A stretch of 64,000 bases of DNA from Ostrea edulis (GCF_947568905.1 NC_079169.1:25482001-25546000); one strand, 5' to 3'. Shown: positions 49,681 to 64,000, counted from the stretch's first letter. The notes: generated from the sequence alone by a model not told the origin. Numbers and translations: made by a program.

Positions 49681-51853
49681 CCCATTCATTTTACAAGGAT
49701 ACTTTCATGAAGTTTTCGACTTTCCTGTCCAATGGTTGCTGAGAAGAGGAATTCTTAAACATTTCAGTTATTTCCCCTTGGAATGGGAATGGTGCCTTCA
49801 TTTGAATATATCTGAGTCCCCTTTACAAAGTTTATTATGAAAGTCAAAGCCAAATCTGCTGTATTTTTCAGCAAAATTATTACTTTTCAAAATATATACT
49901 TGGCACCAAAACCTCGGAGAATATGTACACCAAGTTGGATTATCCTAGCCTTTATACATTGTTTGTACTTCATTCTTAGCCATGAAAGTATAACTTAAAC
50001 CTTGGCAGGCATCTTCCTCTCACCATGGGAAACATGGGTACCAGGTTTGATTATTCTGGCCTATAATATCCCCTTCCCACAAGAGACTGACAGATGAACA
50101 GACAACAGACAGACACACAGATAATACAACCTGTATATGATGGTTGAACATGTGTACCAAGTTTGATTATCCTAGCCTTATCAGTTATATTGTTTCTATC
50201 TACAAAACTATTCATGTAAGTTTGACCTGTGACCTTGAAAATTAGTATTTAAAATCTTCCACTAATATTGGGAATATGTGTACCAAGTTTGATGATCCTA
50301 GCCTTATAGCCATGTACCAGTAACCTTGACCTTGATCTTAAAAAACAATAGTCTAATTTTATTCTTCCTCTAATCATTTGGGAACATGTGCACCAAGTTT
50401 GATTATCCTTGTCTTATAAGAACTGTTTCATTGAAAATGCTGTCAGATGGAGCTATGCCATAGCATCATATGACCTGTCTATGATGGGCATATAAAAATT
50501 CAGCAACTGAACCAAGAGAGCCACAGATCACTTAGACATGAACATCAATAACGCACTCTCATGGTAGTCATCCCAGGACACCGTAAGTCACCATGCCATC
50601 TTGCTATTTTGAATTACAAAAGTAGTGAATGCAGAAATAATCATTATGGACATTTAATAGGGTTTGAAATTATATGAATCCATGATCTGGTATTAAAGAC
50701 CAATGAAATTGATATTTCTGTCACTTAGGTATATTTTCTTCAACTAAAGGGGAATTAAACAATCAAATAATAATTGCTGGATATGGACTTGGAACTTAGG
50801 AATCAGAGGTTTGGTATCAATATCGTGTTACAGTGAGAGGATCAATGCTGAATGCCACATGTGTATTTTTTTTGCCTGAAGGATGAATAAACGATTCCCT
50901 TAATGCCCAAACCTATCACAAAAATTAAGTTAGTCAATATGCTTCCAAATTTTGGGGTTATAACGGAAGCTATCTTATTTTAAATGATATAACACAGGTT
51001 ATTGATTGCATCATAAAATCAATGACAGCATCGATCATCCAATTTATCTGGCAAGAAATGATCAATTCACACACAGAACAATCTTCAACATTGCACTTTA
51101 TCCGATAGCAGCTGTGTTCACATCCTAAAACATGCAACAGATTATTTATGTTCCCCTTAAGCATACTTAAAGCCATTTTCATGGCATATTCTTTTTTTAA
51201 TTCTGCTAATGAGGGATTTTCACAGGGAGGCCTTTTCTTTTTGATACAGTTATAATTAATATGTTAGTCTGTCCTAATACTTAGAAATTCTTCACAGGTT
51301 CACAGTATTTTCTAAATGTTTGTTAATTTTCCCTAAAATGGTGGATAATTTGAAAAAAAAAATATTCTAATTTTCATTGCACATTTCCGTATGAGCAGCA
51401 TTCCAGATTTCATCTCTTGTCATTTTTATATACATTATTCTATATTTGGGCACACAAAGTGACAGCAGAGTGAGAATATAATTACCAGTAATGTTATGAT
51501 TATTCGGAGATTATATATTGCTGGTGCTATGTGAGGTGGTTTTGAGATTGATTTTGTGTGATATAGTCTTATGTGCATGAAGTTATATATCCCAGCAAAA
51601 TATTTCTACCATGAAAACACCAGAGATGCATTAACAATGCATTGCCAACATGACTGGCAAACTCGGCAACATTCATTTTACTTCCCCGAAACCTCCAGTC
51701 CGCAATGCATGTTTCAGTAAGTGACAAAGGCAACACAGATTATATTAGTGCTGTGTATGATCCAAGTTCTGACACGGAAAGCCATGCAGCAGAGGATGAA
51801 GCAGCCACACCTCACCTATAAATCCATTTCAGTACAGGTCAATGCAGTGAGGG

Positions 51854-51897
<44 letters not shown>

Positions 51898-52119
51898 TAC
51901 CACCATGTAACATGAAATGTAATCTGATCTTAACTCTTGATATTTTAAATGATGGACCTATTTCTTTAACTCCTAAATTCCAAACACTTGGCAATAAACC
52001 AGTCAATACCTACTACAATGTCTTCAATGACTATAGGGCCTATAGCTCAGTGTTAGATCTCATGAACACCAGCTCCAATAGTTAGTGCTCTATGGATTGA
52101 TGCTAATAATCTTACGTGT

Positions 52120-54110
52120 CCAGAGCATCTAGGTAATCTCTCCGAGTCTATCTCTCAGTAATAATCTCATATGTTCAGAGTGTCTCAGTAATCTCTCTGA
52201 AATAGTCTATGTCTCTGTGACAGCAAATCTGGCAGTAATAATCTTGTGTGTCCAGAGTGTCTCTGTATTCTCTGTGACAGTCTATCTGGTTGTAATATAT
52301 CTTGTTTGTACTTCGGATTTCAAACATTTCGGTTAAGCATAACTGAAGAGACATTATTTGTCGAAATGCGCATCTGGTGCATCAAAATTGGTACCATATA
52401 AGTTTTACATGGTAATCTCTGTAAAATAATCTCTCTGTGATAGTCTATCTGGCTGTAATAATCTCATATGTTAAGAGTGTATCAGAAATCTATCTGTGAA
52501 ATTCTATCTCTCTGTGATAATCTCATGTAGTGTCTCAGTAATCTCTCTGTGACAGTATATCTGGCTGTAATAATCTCATGTGTTCAACTTATGACACCCT
52601 TATTGTGTCTAGTACTCCTGTTATCTCTGTTATTATCCTGAGTTTCCAGTGTATCTCAGTGACAGTCTTGTTTGTCAGTGTATTTCAATGACAATCAGTG
52701 TATCTCAGTGATAATCAGTATATCTCAGTGACAAGCAGTGTATCTCTGTGATAATCAGTATATCTCAGTGATAATCAGTGTATCTCAGTGACAATCAGTG
52801 TATCTATGTGACAATCAGTGTATCTCAGTGATAATCAGTGTATCTCAGTGACAATCAGTGTATCTCAGTGACAATCAGTGTATCTCAGTGATAATCAGTG
52901 TATCTCAGTGACAATCAGTGTATCTATGTGACAATCAGTGTATCTCAGTGATAATCAGTGTATCTCAGTGACAATCAGTGTATCTCAGTGACAATCAGTG
53001 TATCTCAGTGATAATCAGCGTATCTCTGTGATAATCAGTGCATCTCTGTGATAATCAGTGTATCTTAGTGATAATCAGTGTATCTCTGAGATAATCAGTG
53101 TATCTCGGTGACAATCAGTGTATCCCAGTGATAATCAGTTTATCTCAGTGACAATCAGTGTATCTCAGTGATAATCAGTGTATCTCAGTGACAATCAGTG
53201 TATCTCAGTGACAATCTTGTGTGTCAGTGTATCTCAGTGACAATCTTGTGTGTCAGTGTATCATAGTGACAATCTTGTGTCTCAGTGTATCTCAGTGACA
53301 GTTTTGTGTGTCAGTGTGTCTCAGTGACAATCTTGTGTGTCAGTGTATCTCAGTAACAATTGTGTGTGTCAGTGTATCTCAGTGACAGTTTTGTGTGTCA
53401 GTGTATCTCAGTGACAGTCTTGTGTCAGTGTATTTTATTAAAATCTTGTGTGTCAGTGTATCTCAGTGACAGTCTTGTGTGTTAGTGTATCTCAGTGACA
53501 GTCTAGTGTCAGTATGTCTCAGTGACAATCATGTGTGTCAGTGTATCTCAGTGACAGTCTTGTGTGTCAGTGTATCTCAGTGATAATCTTGTGTGTCACT
53601 GTATCTCAGTGACAATCTTGTGTGTAAGTGTATCTCAGTGAAAATAAGTGTATATCAGTGACAATTTTGTGTGTCAGTGTATCTCAGTGACAGTCTAGTG
53701 TCAGTATGTCTCAGTGACAGTCTTGTGTGTCAGTGTATCTCAGTGACAATCTTGTGTGCCAGTGTATCTCAGTGACAGTCTTGTGTGTCAGTGTATCTTA
53801 GTGACAATCTTGTGTGTCAGTGTATCTCAGTGACAGTCTTGTGTGTCAGTGTATCTCTGTGACCATCTTGTGTGTCAGTGTATCTCAGTGATAATCTTGT
53901 GTGTCAGTGTATCTCAGTGACAGTCTTGTGTGCCAGTGTATCTCAGTGACAATCGTGTGTGTAAGTGTATCTCAGTGACAATAAGTGTATATCAATGACA
54001 ATCTTGTGTGTCAGTGTATCTCAGTGACAGTCTTGTGAATCCAGAGTTTCTCAGATATCTTTCTATGACAATCTCATTGACCCAGAGTGTCTTGGATATC
54101 TCTTTGCAAC
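52120..54110. repeat. Compound minisatellite: degenerate long units, then a 20-bp array, then a 29-bp array
   Basis: CAGTGTATCTCAGTGA(C/T)AAT tandem at about 52690-53215; CAGTGTATCTCAGTGACAATCTTGTGTGT at about 53200-54030. Confidence 0.93.
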
Positions 54111-56377
54111 AATCAGGACAAGGGGGAGGATGTAATTCACAAAATTCTTTAAAGGTACAGGTGAAATAAACTTAAACTTGGATTTCTCGAAGCCATTAAT
54201 CTCTCAAAGCGAAATCATAATCCCAGTTTTTCTCTGTAACTAAGCAAATCTACTTTTGATCTCTCAAACTTCCAATCTCTCTAAATTCTTGACCTCTCGA
54301 AGTGAAATTTGGTTCTCATTAAACACCTTTCATTGTTTTTCACTCTACATGATACATGGAAGTGATGGTAATAATCATTTCCACTTGGATATCTTATCGA
54401 GATAACATTGCATGCCTGGAACGTTCATTAGGTGTTTACCTGATACAACACCTGTACTTCTTTTGGGAAGTAAATTTTTTAGTTTAATTGTACAATTTTA
54501 ACAACCAAATAGCTGTATGACACTACGTATAATTTTCAAATACCTGTTTTGACTTGACAATCAGATGGCAAATTTGAAAATTTTTGAGAAATACAATGGA
54601 AAAGGATATTGTAAATATACACTTCCTGTCACTATAAAATCTGAACCACAATATCCTGATTTAATTCAACCTTCAATCTCTTGATCTCTCTCAGTCTCAT
54701 CAAGATGCCTTGGACTATTTCAATTCATCCATATAACATGCGAAATTCATTTCATTATAAAAATAATTGAGAAACTCTCTTGTCACAGTATAGTGAGTTT
54801 TTATAAAAACGTCTAGACCCCTGTATAAGTGCTGTGGTAAAATTTATCCAGGACTATTGTATGAAGCTAATAGCCGTCGCGTATTGAGTCCTCCATCTGA
54901 AGCCACTATATGTAATGTATCCAGAAACACCAATACGTCAAGAGATGATATGATTGTCACAATTATACTGCCTCCCTCTGGTGCAGGCTAGACCCTGTAG
55001 CTTCCGCACTGACATAATAAAGATTGATTTTCCCAATGTATCATCCAGAAAGATCTTGGGAAAAGAACTTAAAAGTGGTCCACATTTACCCTGCAGGATA
55101 CTGACATGAACCAAACATTCCACGTCATAAAATATTCACACTTACTAAGGACTACAAACAGCCAATCTCTACTATCCAACAAAAAGAAAAAACCCACAAT
55201 TTTCAGTCACTGATATTCATTAGCTGATAAGTTCAGTTGAGCTTCTGCTCAGATTCACACACAAATATTCTAAACAACAGAATCAATATCATTGAGAAAA
55301 ATAATGCTCACATTTATCCTTATATGGTGTATATGTGTCATCTGATCTCCCTTAAAATATCTGCACTAAGATTAAAAACATACTGCTTGTCAATCAAATA
55401 CCAAACAACAGCTCAGGCCCTGATTGATAGATTTGGCCAAGCATATCAACTGCATGGGCATGGATCAGATGGGATGAGTTGATAGCAATTATCTACAACT
55501 GCAAAAATTATAATCTCACAGTATGTTTGGTACATACATGTATGAGTTGAATTTTTGGGAAAAAATCTTTCAAACTTAAAGTTTGAGTTTTATTTGTCAA
55601 TGAGCAGTCAATGTTTGAGTAAAATCTCAGATTTAAGTCCAAGTTTTGACTAAAGTTTTTCTGAGAAATCCAGGCCTCAACTAAGTATTTGAACATTAGA
55701 AATAAATTATAGTCACAGGTAAATTGTTTCCTGAAGAAAATGTTGTTAAAAAAAATCCCGTGCAATTTTCAAAAAAGATATTAGCAGCGATTCAAGCTAT
55801 ATTTGCTTATAATAATTAGGAATGGGATTCAGCTAAAGAAGAAATTCCCATAGTAGCAGCACCAGCACTACTGTCTTAATCCTCCTTCAAGCATCATTAA
55901 CCGAATTTCCGGATTGCCTCTGTCAACCATGCATTCTTGCTGCACCTGGTGGCCCATGCAATAAACCACACGAAATGATGGCTAACATTCTCAAACTAAT
56001 TATAGGTCAAACAATAAAATAAATCAAAAGTTGTCATAATCCAACTGAAAAGAACTGTTCCTACAAAAATAGACTGTTGTTAAGTTAAATATCATACAAA
56101 AACCAATTTAGTATATAGGCATATTTGCAAATCATTTACAAGTCTAAAAATTCAAACTTCCAATTCAAATGTTATTTGTGACTCTTTAATACATGTAATT
56201 GATTATAAAGGAATAAATACCTATGTTCACATACTTCAATCATGGTCTTACAAAAACAATGGTTGCATGAGATGTGTCCTTTATCAAAATTTATTTCTCA
56301 TATTCATATGTTGTAAAATCTAATTTGTTTATTACAAATACAGACAGTCACTATAAAACCAGAGGCACATATAGACA

Positions 56378-56755
56378 TAAACTGGTTCCCTGCTGATTGG
56401 TGCTACACACAAACAACGGGTAAGCGGTACTTTGGTTAGCCCAAATGAGCCGATTTCATTGGTCAGTTGATATTTATGTCTCACTAGAGAGATTCCGAAT
56501 GGTAGAGTCGTTAGTCTATTTATGACATCAAAGTCTACTGTGCTACGTTACGAAGTTTCGTGTTGCATAGGCCTACTTCACTGTATTCGTAACATAGTGT
56601 AGTTGACTGTGACGTCAAAGTTAACGTCGTTGTTATTTTGAAAGGAACTTTCTTTATACGCATGAAATAACGATACAGCCCGAATCTTGGCCGTCAAAAA
56701 TTGGCGCTTACCTGTTGTACCCATAGAGAAGCGAGATCAACAGAGAACCAGTTTA
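56378..56755. mobile_element. MITE with 20-bp TIRs and 9-bp target duplication (Mutator-like)
   Basis: TAAACTGGTTCCCTGCTGAT / ATCAACAGAGAACCAGTTTA (18/20 match); ATATAGACA at 56369-56377 and 56756-56764. Confidence 0.82.
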
Positions 56756-59199
56756 ATATAGACAGTCACTATAAAACGAGAGGCACAAAGGCCTTATTAG
56801 TCACTGAGTATTAGTTAAAAGTCTTAAGGGTGAAGAAATCTATGATAATTTTCCTGTTCTGCAAATATATAAACTAAATTCTAAAATTCAGCAGCAGTTT
56901 AAAACAAAATGTGTTCTTTTAGAAAACATCAATGCCTCAGAAAATGCCCAAACTGATGAAAGACTTTACATACTACAGACTGTTCTATAACACTATAGGA
57001 CTATTTTTGCACCTGCCCATTATACAGTAATCACAAATCCGGGATTGCAAAATTCACAATTTTGATACATTTATACAGTATCAGCAGCCCAACCCTGGTA
57101 CCAAAACCCCTCCTTCTTGGATCATGAAATTCACAATTTTGGTAAAAGGCTACCTGCTCCTTCTATATATCCATTCAGTTTCAATTTAGTATCAATAACA
57201 TTAAAGAAGATGTTGTTTAAATGTTTTACATATAGATACTATATGCCAAGTTTGGGCTCACCCTAGAGTCAGAACCTCTACCCCAAGGATATTGAAATTT
57301 ACAATTCTATTAGAAGCCTTACTGCTCTAAAAGACTGTATTTAGTTTTTCTTACAGATGTGCAATTGTAGACAAGATTTTTGAAAATTGATCAATAATTT
57401 TTTGGAAGTTTTTGTCCTGCCCATAAGGTTTCATGGATGCACGAGTACTATTTATCCCCATTGTCCCAAAGACGCTTCATACCAAATTTGAAAAGAATTG
57501 GATTGGATGTTATCAAGAAGTTAGAAATGTTTAATTGTTAACAGACAACAACAGGCACAGACCAATAGTCACCTGAGTGATTTCGATGATCTAATAAAAC
57601 AGCACAGGATATTTAATGGACAAATGTAAATATTCATATTATTCATTTGAAATAGTTATATTTATAACACTATAGCATGAGATTTGTACATCTGGCAGCA
57701 GATAAGTTTATATCAGTCGCCAGGGTCAATGTTCTTTAAAAGAGAAACAAAATTTCATTCCTTGAAGGTAATAATTATATTTAAATCAAAAATCAATTTC
57801 TACAAAGTAATCTAATGGAAATTCAAAGTAGAAGTGAATTCATGGAGTCAATGTCTCCAATGTTTTTTCATTATGGCAGCTGCGATAACATAGCCCTCCC
57901 CGAATCTTAACATTTTTATACGCCCACATAAAAATGCAGGCTTATTATGCTATACCACAGTCGTCCGTCTGTCCATCCTTTTATCTTTGTCTTCACAACT
58001 CCTCCTAAACCCTTTGGGGATTTTGATGAAACTTGGTACAAAGAAAGATCACAATGTGGAGATGTGCATATTACAAGGGGAATGCTGCACCACTATTTTT
58101 AAAGGAGTTAGGGCCCTTGGACTAAGATTTATTTTATGCAAGTACATTGTCTTCGCAACTCCTCTTAAACCCTTTGGGGAATTTCAATGAAACTTAGTAC
58201 AAAGGAATATCATAATGTGTAGATGTGCATATTGCAAGGGGAATGCTGTCCCACTATTTTTGAAGGAGATACAGCCCTTGGACTTAGATTCGTTTATAAA
58301 TGCAAAATACATTGTAATGCCAACCAAATCCTTTTGTGGATAATCCTTTCTTGTTCATATTCCTGGGTCAATAATGTATGCGAGCATATATCATATACCG
58401 GTTTAGCGGTGCCCTATTTTTGCACACGTCAGAATGATTAGAACTGGAGAGGTCAATATGATTGCAGCCACCACTATGAGGGTATACAGTTGATGGAAGT
58501 ATGGGGTAATTTGCGTAATCAGAGAAGCCAGAAAAGCAGACATTATCCCTATCCTTCCATCATTCTTGTATGCCCATACTACAAACAACCTAGATCATCA
58601 TTCTTTTTTTTTTTCAATAATATATATTTGTAAAAATTGTTATACAGAAATTTTTGTTCCCTGATATGAGCACAAACATGATGTGCCCTGTTTTACAAAC
58701 CCTGTATCATCAACTTAATTTCATTCCTTTTTGGAAAAAAAAAATCTGTAGTTTTCATTATTTTGTAAGTCCAAGGGCAATAACTCTGCTAAAAATTATC
58801 TAACTGCAACCCTATTCTATAGTAACTTGACCTGTATATATTCTTATGATATATGATCTAGGCCTACATTCTAAATTTCCATTCAAAGTGTCTGTAAATG
58901 ACTGATATAATGAGCAGAAACTAAGAATTGTTGAAATTTTCAAAATCCAAGGGACACAACTATGTCAAAAATTACTCAAGCAGAACTAAATAAATACTTG
59001 ACCTGGATATTCTCATGATGTATCTATATAAAAATTTCAGTGTGTATCCATAGACAGATAATGAAAGGATATTGAATTATGATGGAAGGATGGAAAAGGG
59101 CAACACTATGTGGCCAAGCCATTTCATAGCAAGGGTAAAAATGCTTTCCATGTAATTATATTTGAATTGTGGTCACAGTTTCAAATAATTATATCATAC

Positions 59200-60010
59200 T
59201 TTCATGTAAACTAGTTGACTCTGATTGGTTGAGAAACATTTGATAAAAAATATTACTATACTTTTTTCTTGTAAAATACTCGAATCTGATTGGTCGAGAA
59301 GCATTTGAAAAAACAAATTGTTACCCTCTAAGAACAGAAAGTATGCGCTCCAGGGTGATACTATCTAGCAACAGGTAACAGTACTTGACAACGGGTGATA
59401 TTATAAAATATTATCACATAATTTATGTGCATATGGTTCGCCAGAGATTGTTAGACGACGTCATTTGAGCGTTTGTAATAAACGCCAATGCCCGCATCGA
59501 TATACAAAATATTGCATGACTGTGATTGATCAAATGTCAACAGACGTAAGTTTTTCTACATTGCTGTTTGTATAATATTAAGTATAATAAAACAAGTATT
59601 GCATGTAGTTGAGGGTAACATCGAAAATTTTTACGCACCGAGAGACCATTGTCAACCTCGGCTACACCTCAGTTGACAATGGTTTTCTCGGAGAAATTTT
59701 CCAATGTTACCCTAAACTACATGCAATATTTGTTTTATTATACTGAATGTTATATAAACAGCAAAGCAGAAAAAAAAATATGTCTGTTGACAATCATGCG
59801 ATGTTTTGTATATCAATGCAGGTATTTGCGTTTATTACAAACACTCAAACGACCTGACGTCTAACAATCCACAGCAAACCGTAAGTGCATAAATTTGACG
59901 CATGTGATAATTTTTATAACATCACCTATTGTCAAGTACTGTTATCCGTTGCAAGATACTATCACCCTAGAACATGTGCTTTCTGTTCTCAGAGGGTAAC
60001 ATCAGATTCA
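59200..60010. mobile_element. Fold-back element with approx. 100-bp inverted arms and a central long hairpin (possibly Crypton-like)
   Basis: Arms 59319-59420 and 59902-60001 are inverted copies; palindrome at 59597-59728. The superfamily assignment is weak inference. Confidence 0.6.
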
Positions 60011-61566
60011 AATATTTTACATGAATTTCAAAGTACATGTATAATAATATGAAAAATGTTTACTGTGCGGATTTCATGCATCTACGGTCTACCATCAAAA
60101 ACATACCATGCTTCATTTACAGTTTGCCAACTGTAATAGTTTTATAACATTCAACTATATATATACATGTAAACAAGGGTAACATTGGAAATTGTGATCC
60201 CCTGAAAAACCATTGTTTACCTCATCTCTGCCTCAGTCAACAATGATTTTCTCGTGTTGACCAGGGTCAATGCACTACATGAAGTATGACAGCATGAAGC
60301 ATTGCAATTCATATCCTCATGTATTTTCAAAAATAAAATTTATTTTTTATATTTATATTCTACTTTCATTTTTGTCAGCATTCCCAGCTGTTGAAATGAA
60401 CGTGCTATATTTATCAAGATTGACATGGGCATTGTTTACAACTGCAGTGTGTTCATGAGGAACTGGCTATCATTATAATTTGTAAAAAAAAAAAAAAACC
60501 AAAAAAAAAACAAACAAAAAACATTGGACATGTAAATATGATAAAAAGAAAAATATATGTCAAACTCCCCAACATCAGCCCTTGACCAATATCAGTCCTT
60601 GTAATGCCCCCTCACACTGAAGTTGTGTGATACAGATAGTTGTGTGTTATTTCTATTTATATTTAGATTTCGTATAGGTATGTATATCACAGCTATAAAA
60701 TGTGTGGTACAGAAAATAATTAAGTATATGAATCCAACCCCCACCCCCAACTCCCACCCCCAGTAAAACTTGAAACGGTAAAAATTCCTCTTAAAATACT
60801 GCAACATTCTCCAACTAAATATTAAAGTCTTTGCAAAGTGTTCCAGTGTTCTTAAATCAATGTTTTGGTCTTCATGAATTTGTCTATAATATAAAAGTCC
60901 AAGGGAATAGGGACAAAAAGTATTGAATGGTTTTTAAAAGAGAACAATTGATTTGACATATTCATACCAGCATCATACACTGTCTGTGGACCACAAGATA
61001 TCTGTGCAGTACATAATCGCAGGGTATTGATTTTTATACTGGAGGAATGCCATCAGCCCTGTAACATTGTCTGTGATCATTGACCAATACTTCCCTGTCA
61101 AGCCCATTCTGTTTCCTCCTTTTTTGAGAATCAAATGAATAAATAATGATTTAGATATCAAGTCCATTAGATAAGGTTAGAGTGTTATCATACACTGAAT
61201 CAACATTTGTGGCTGATCATGCTGATACTGGGAGTTCATATGGCTCCAGCGTCTCCTTATTTTGGTAGAGTCCTCATAAGCCTGTGTAAGTGCTTCAGCT
61301 ACCCTCACAGTACAATATTCTTCTGATGAACATAGGACTTCTTGGATAGTTAAAGCATTGTATTCATGAAGAAAATGTAAATAACAGCATAAACTGACCT
61401 TAGTCTTAAGAATAACTTTAACCTTAAAGATGCCCTTCAGTGAAGTACGTTGGTCAACAAGTTTGGTCATAATAGTAAGCATGCTATGTGTAAAGTTTGG
61501 TGAATTACAATGCATAGGTAAAAGAGTCTGGCCTAACAAATGGATAAAATGACAAACATACGTGAT

Positions 61567-61830
61567 AACTATATAACTCACAGACAAGTTGAAAATGTGG
61601 CAACTAAATACTTCATGGACAAGTGGCAAATGTGGCAACTAAATACTTCATGGACAAGTCGCAAATGTGGCAACTATATACTTCTTAGACAAGTGGGAAA
61701 TGTGGCAACTATATAATTACTCATAGACAAGTGGCAACTATAAATACTTCACAGACAAGTGGCAAATGTGGCAACTATATAACTCACACACAAGTGGAAA
61801 ATGTGGCAACTATATAACTCACAGATAGGT
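61567..61830. repeat. 35-bp degenerate minisatellite
   Basis: GACAAGTGGCAAATGTGGCAACTA... recurring about every 35 bp. Confidence 0.85.
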
Positions 61831-62084
61831 GGAAAAACAACTTTATATTGCAGATAGACAAACAGATGCATAGTGGCAACTAACTGAAAAAGGTGATTCA
61901 GAAAATAAAGAAAGTGAACAACCTCATGAATCCTATAATGAATAATAAATTGTGAACAGGGCAAGCACTGTTACAGCAGACCCCTGGAAAACCCAGAGGT
62001 GGGATCAGGTATGTAGGCATACATGCTGAGGAAACAAGTGGCAAATATAGGCTTCTAGTATTTTTTTTTTTACATCAAAACCAA

Positions 62085-62250
62085 TAGGGGCCATCTACTC
62101 TTAAGGGGAAACCAGTGTACCAAGTTTGATATCTGTCAAGCATTGGGTTCTTCAGACTTCAGATATTGAGCAGACAACAATTGGTCTACCAACCCACAGA
62201 ACAACAGGTGCAAACCAATATGACCCTTCTTTTGAAGGGGGAGCATAAAA
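62085..62250. mobile_element. Truncated 3' end of the 142-bp-core element family
   Basis: CAATAGGGGCCATCTACTC..CAGTGTACCAAGTTTGAT...CAGGTGCAAACCAATATG..GAAGGGGGAGCATAAA. Confidence 0.65.
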
Positions 62251-63611
62251 ATAAACTGCAGCTCCTAAATTTTCTCCCTTACGTCCAAACCCCGATTTAG
62301 GGTTATAGAAGCTATTATAATAAATCCATTCAGTTCAAACAACTAACCATAAATGGAGTTGCCCAATGTTATACCTCAAGCTCTACAACTTTATTCCAAA
62401 TCTGAACTTCCTTGTGACATGCCAATTGTGTTTTGAATAGCGAAACAATGGAAATAAATCATGGATAGTTCTACCAAAAATAAACTAGAAAAAAGAACTT
62501 GTAACCATGAATTCAAAGAGACCTTGACTTTGGAGATATGACCTTGATTGAAGGAATTCACACTCTTAAACCTAAAGCCAGATTTTTGAAGTATGAATAT
62601 CAATAAAATTGAATACATTGGTTTAAGGAGAAACATAAAACAGAACAAAATCGTAATCATCGATCCAGATATAACACATTTATAGTGCATACATCACAGC
62701 CATCCTTCCCTCTTCATTCTCTGAATATCGTACAGCCCCATTCTTCTAACCGACTGGGAAAGCCAACCATCGGGGAAAGCCGACCATCAGGATAAGTCAG
62801 AACATGTTTTTTACACATCCTCTCAAAGATGCTGCAATAACACACAATCAGTGGGCTGTTTTTATCCCTGGTGAATGATCCTCCACGCTACTCCATGTGC
62901 TAGCTTCAATTAGATCTCCCTGAGAGTTTATAGCTGTTTAACCCCCTATACTCTTCAGATTTCATCATCAGACTCAGACACCAATTACATATTTCAATGC
63001 CATCAAATTGAAGCTAATTTAATGGATGTGCTACAACTTCTGGCTTTAGTTGATCCAAATACATGTACTTATATTTACAAGCTGAAGTTTAAAGCTTTTG
63101 AGATGTTACAAAGAAAACCTAATTTGTTTCCTTCTAACTAATGAAGAACTACTGTCAGAATTAAGGTTTATTTTCTATACCAGATGTCTCTGAAATCCGT
63201 TCAACATATTTTATTGTTGAATATTTCACCTATTCGCTCATCAAAATAAATGCAAATAAAACACCAGCATTCTTTGAATTAATTCATGTTAACACATTTA
63301 CAAAAGATCAGAATTACTTTACTGCTTAACATTTACCAGTGAGGTTCATTACATGTGCACAGAAACAAAAATGCTTATCCTATAGGCTCTGCCTGTTGCC
63401 TAATCCTATTATGTTATATATAAAAAAAAAAAATACCGTTTAAATTAATATTTTGTCAATTCTATATTCCAGATGAAAACAAAAATTCTGAGAGCATTGC
63501 TCCTTAAGGTATCCGATCCATAAAAGCATTTATTTTCAAAAAAAGTCAATATCTGTAGCACTAAATCTTTTGTGAAAACAAAATGCCTAGTAAACTAATT
63601 CTAGATAAAGA

Positions 63612-63655
<44 letters not shown>

Positions 63656-64000
63656 TGATGACCAGATCTATTTATAAAGAATTAGATTTTTTTTGTTAGT
63701 TATCTCCCCTTGCAGAAAAGTAGAAAAAATTAGATATTTCCATAATTTGTATGGTGACCTTTGCTTTTCTTTTTTTTTTTGAAAGACCATGGTAAACGGA
63801 ACATTTTCACTATGAACTTTCTTTGGAAATTATATTCTAGTTGACTTCATATCAATATGTCTGAAATGTGTTTTTCTCATAGGGATTAATGTTAATCTCT
63901 ATAACAGATATTTTGTCTTGTCAATTTTCTAAATTCTTTTGGTGAATCACTGTGTATGTTAATTATCTTTTATTTGATACCAAATTTTGCATTACATAAC

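Noticed and set aside
5385-54110. CRISPR arrays
   Set aside because: All arrays are head-to-tail repeats without unique spacers, there are no cas genes, and the DNA is eukaryotic.
60900-61640. Decayed LINE reverse-transcriptase fragment or 153-aa gene
   Set aside because: Only a vague resemblance by eye, and the long ORF runs into a minisatellite; a translated search against RT profiles would be needed.
44351-64000. Canonical BRSK exon 1 (GPYxLxKTLGKGQTG)
   Set aside because: Manual scanning of ACAG|GT sites (e.g. 54541) found no matching peptide; it is probably beyond the window end.

Overview
AT-rich, intron-rich eukaryotic DNA. A 166-bp Cg170-like satellite core, Pearl/Helentron-type non-autonomous elements and tRNA-derived SINEs suggest a true oyster (Ostreidae); this is inferred from recalled repeat families, not from a database search. 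Three protein-coding loci are supported. (1) The last four coding exons of an RGG/YGG-rich, probably caprin-1-like gene on the + strand (19-2529). (2) A BRSK/SAD-family Ser/Thr kinase on the - strand, rebuilt by hand as 19 GT-AG exons (44350 down to 10399). Splice phases are consistent throughout, giving 1967 nt and about 655 aa; the canonical first exon (LGKGQTG) was not found and probably lies beyond 64000. (3) An intronless gene with an acidic N-terminus and an NHL-like beta-propeller, nested antisense in a BRSK intron (41582-42961). The rest is introns filled with minisatellites, MITEs, SINEs and Helentron-like elements. The most striking unexplained pattern is that five BRSK exon boundaries are each the terminal unit of a different tandem array. 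These arrays carry 3 to about 80 copies of the real splice donor or acceptor. The largest (40-bp unit) has a branch-point-like motif, pyrimidine tract and AG|GT in every unit, resembling a recursive-splice site.
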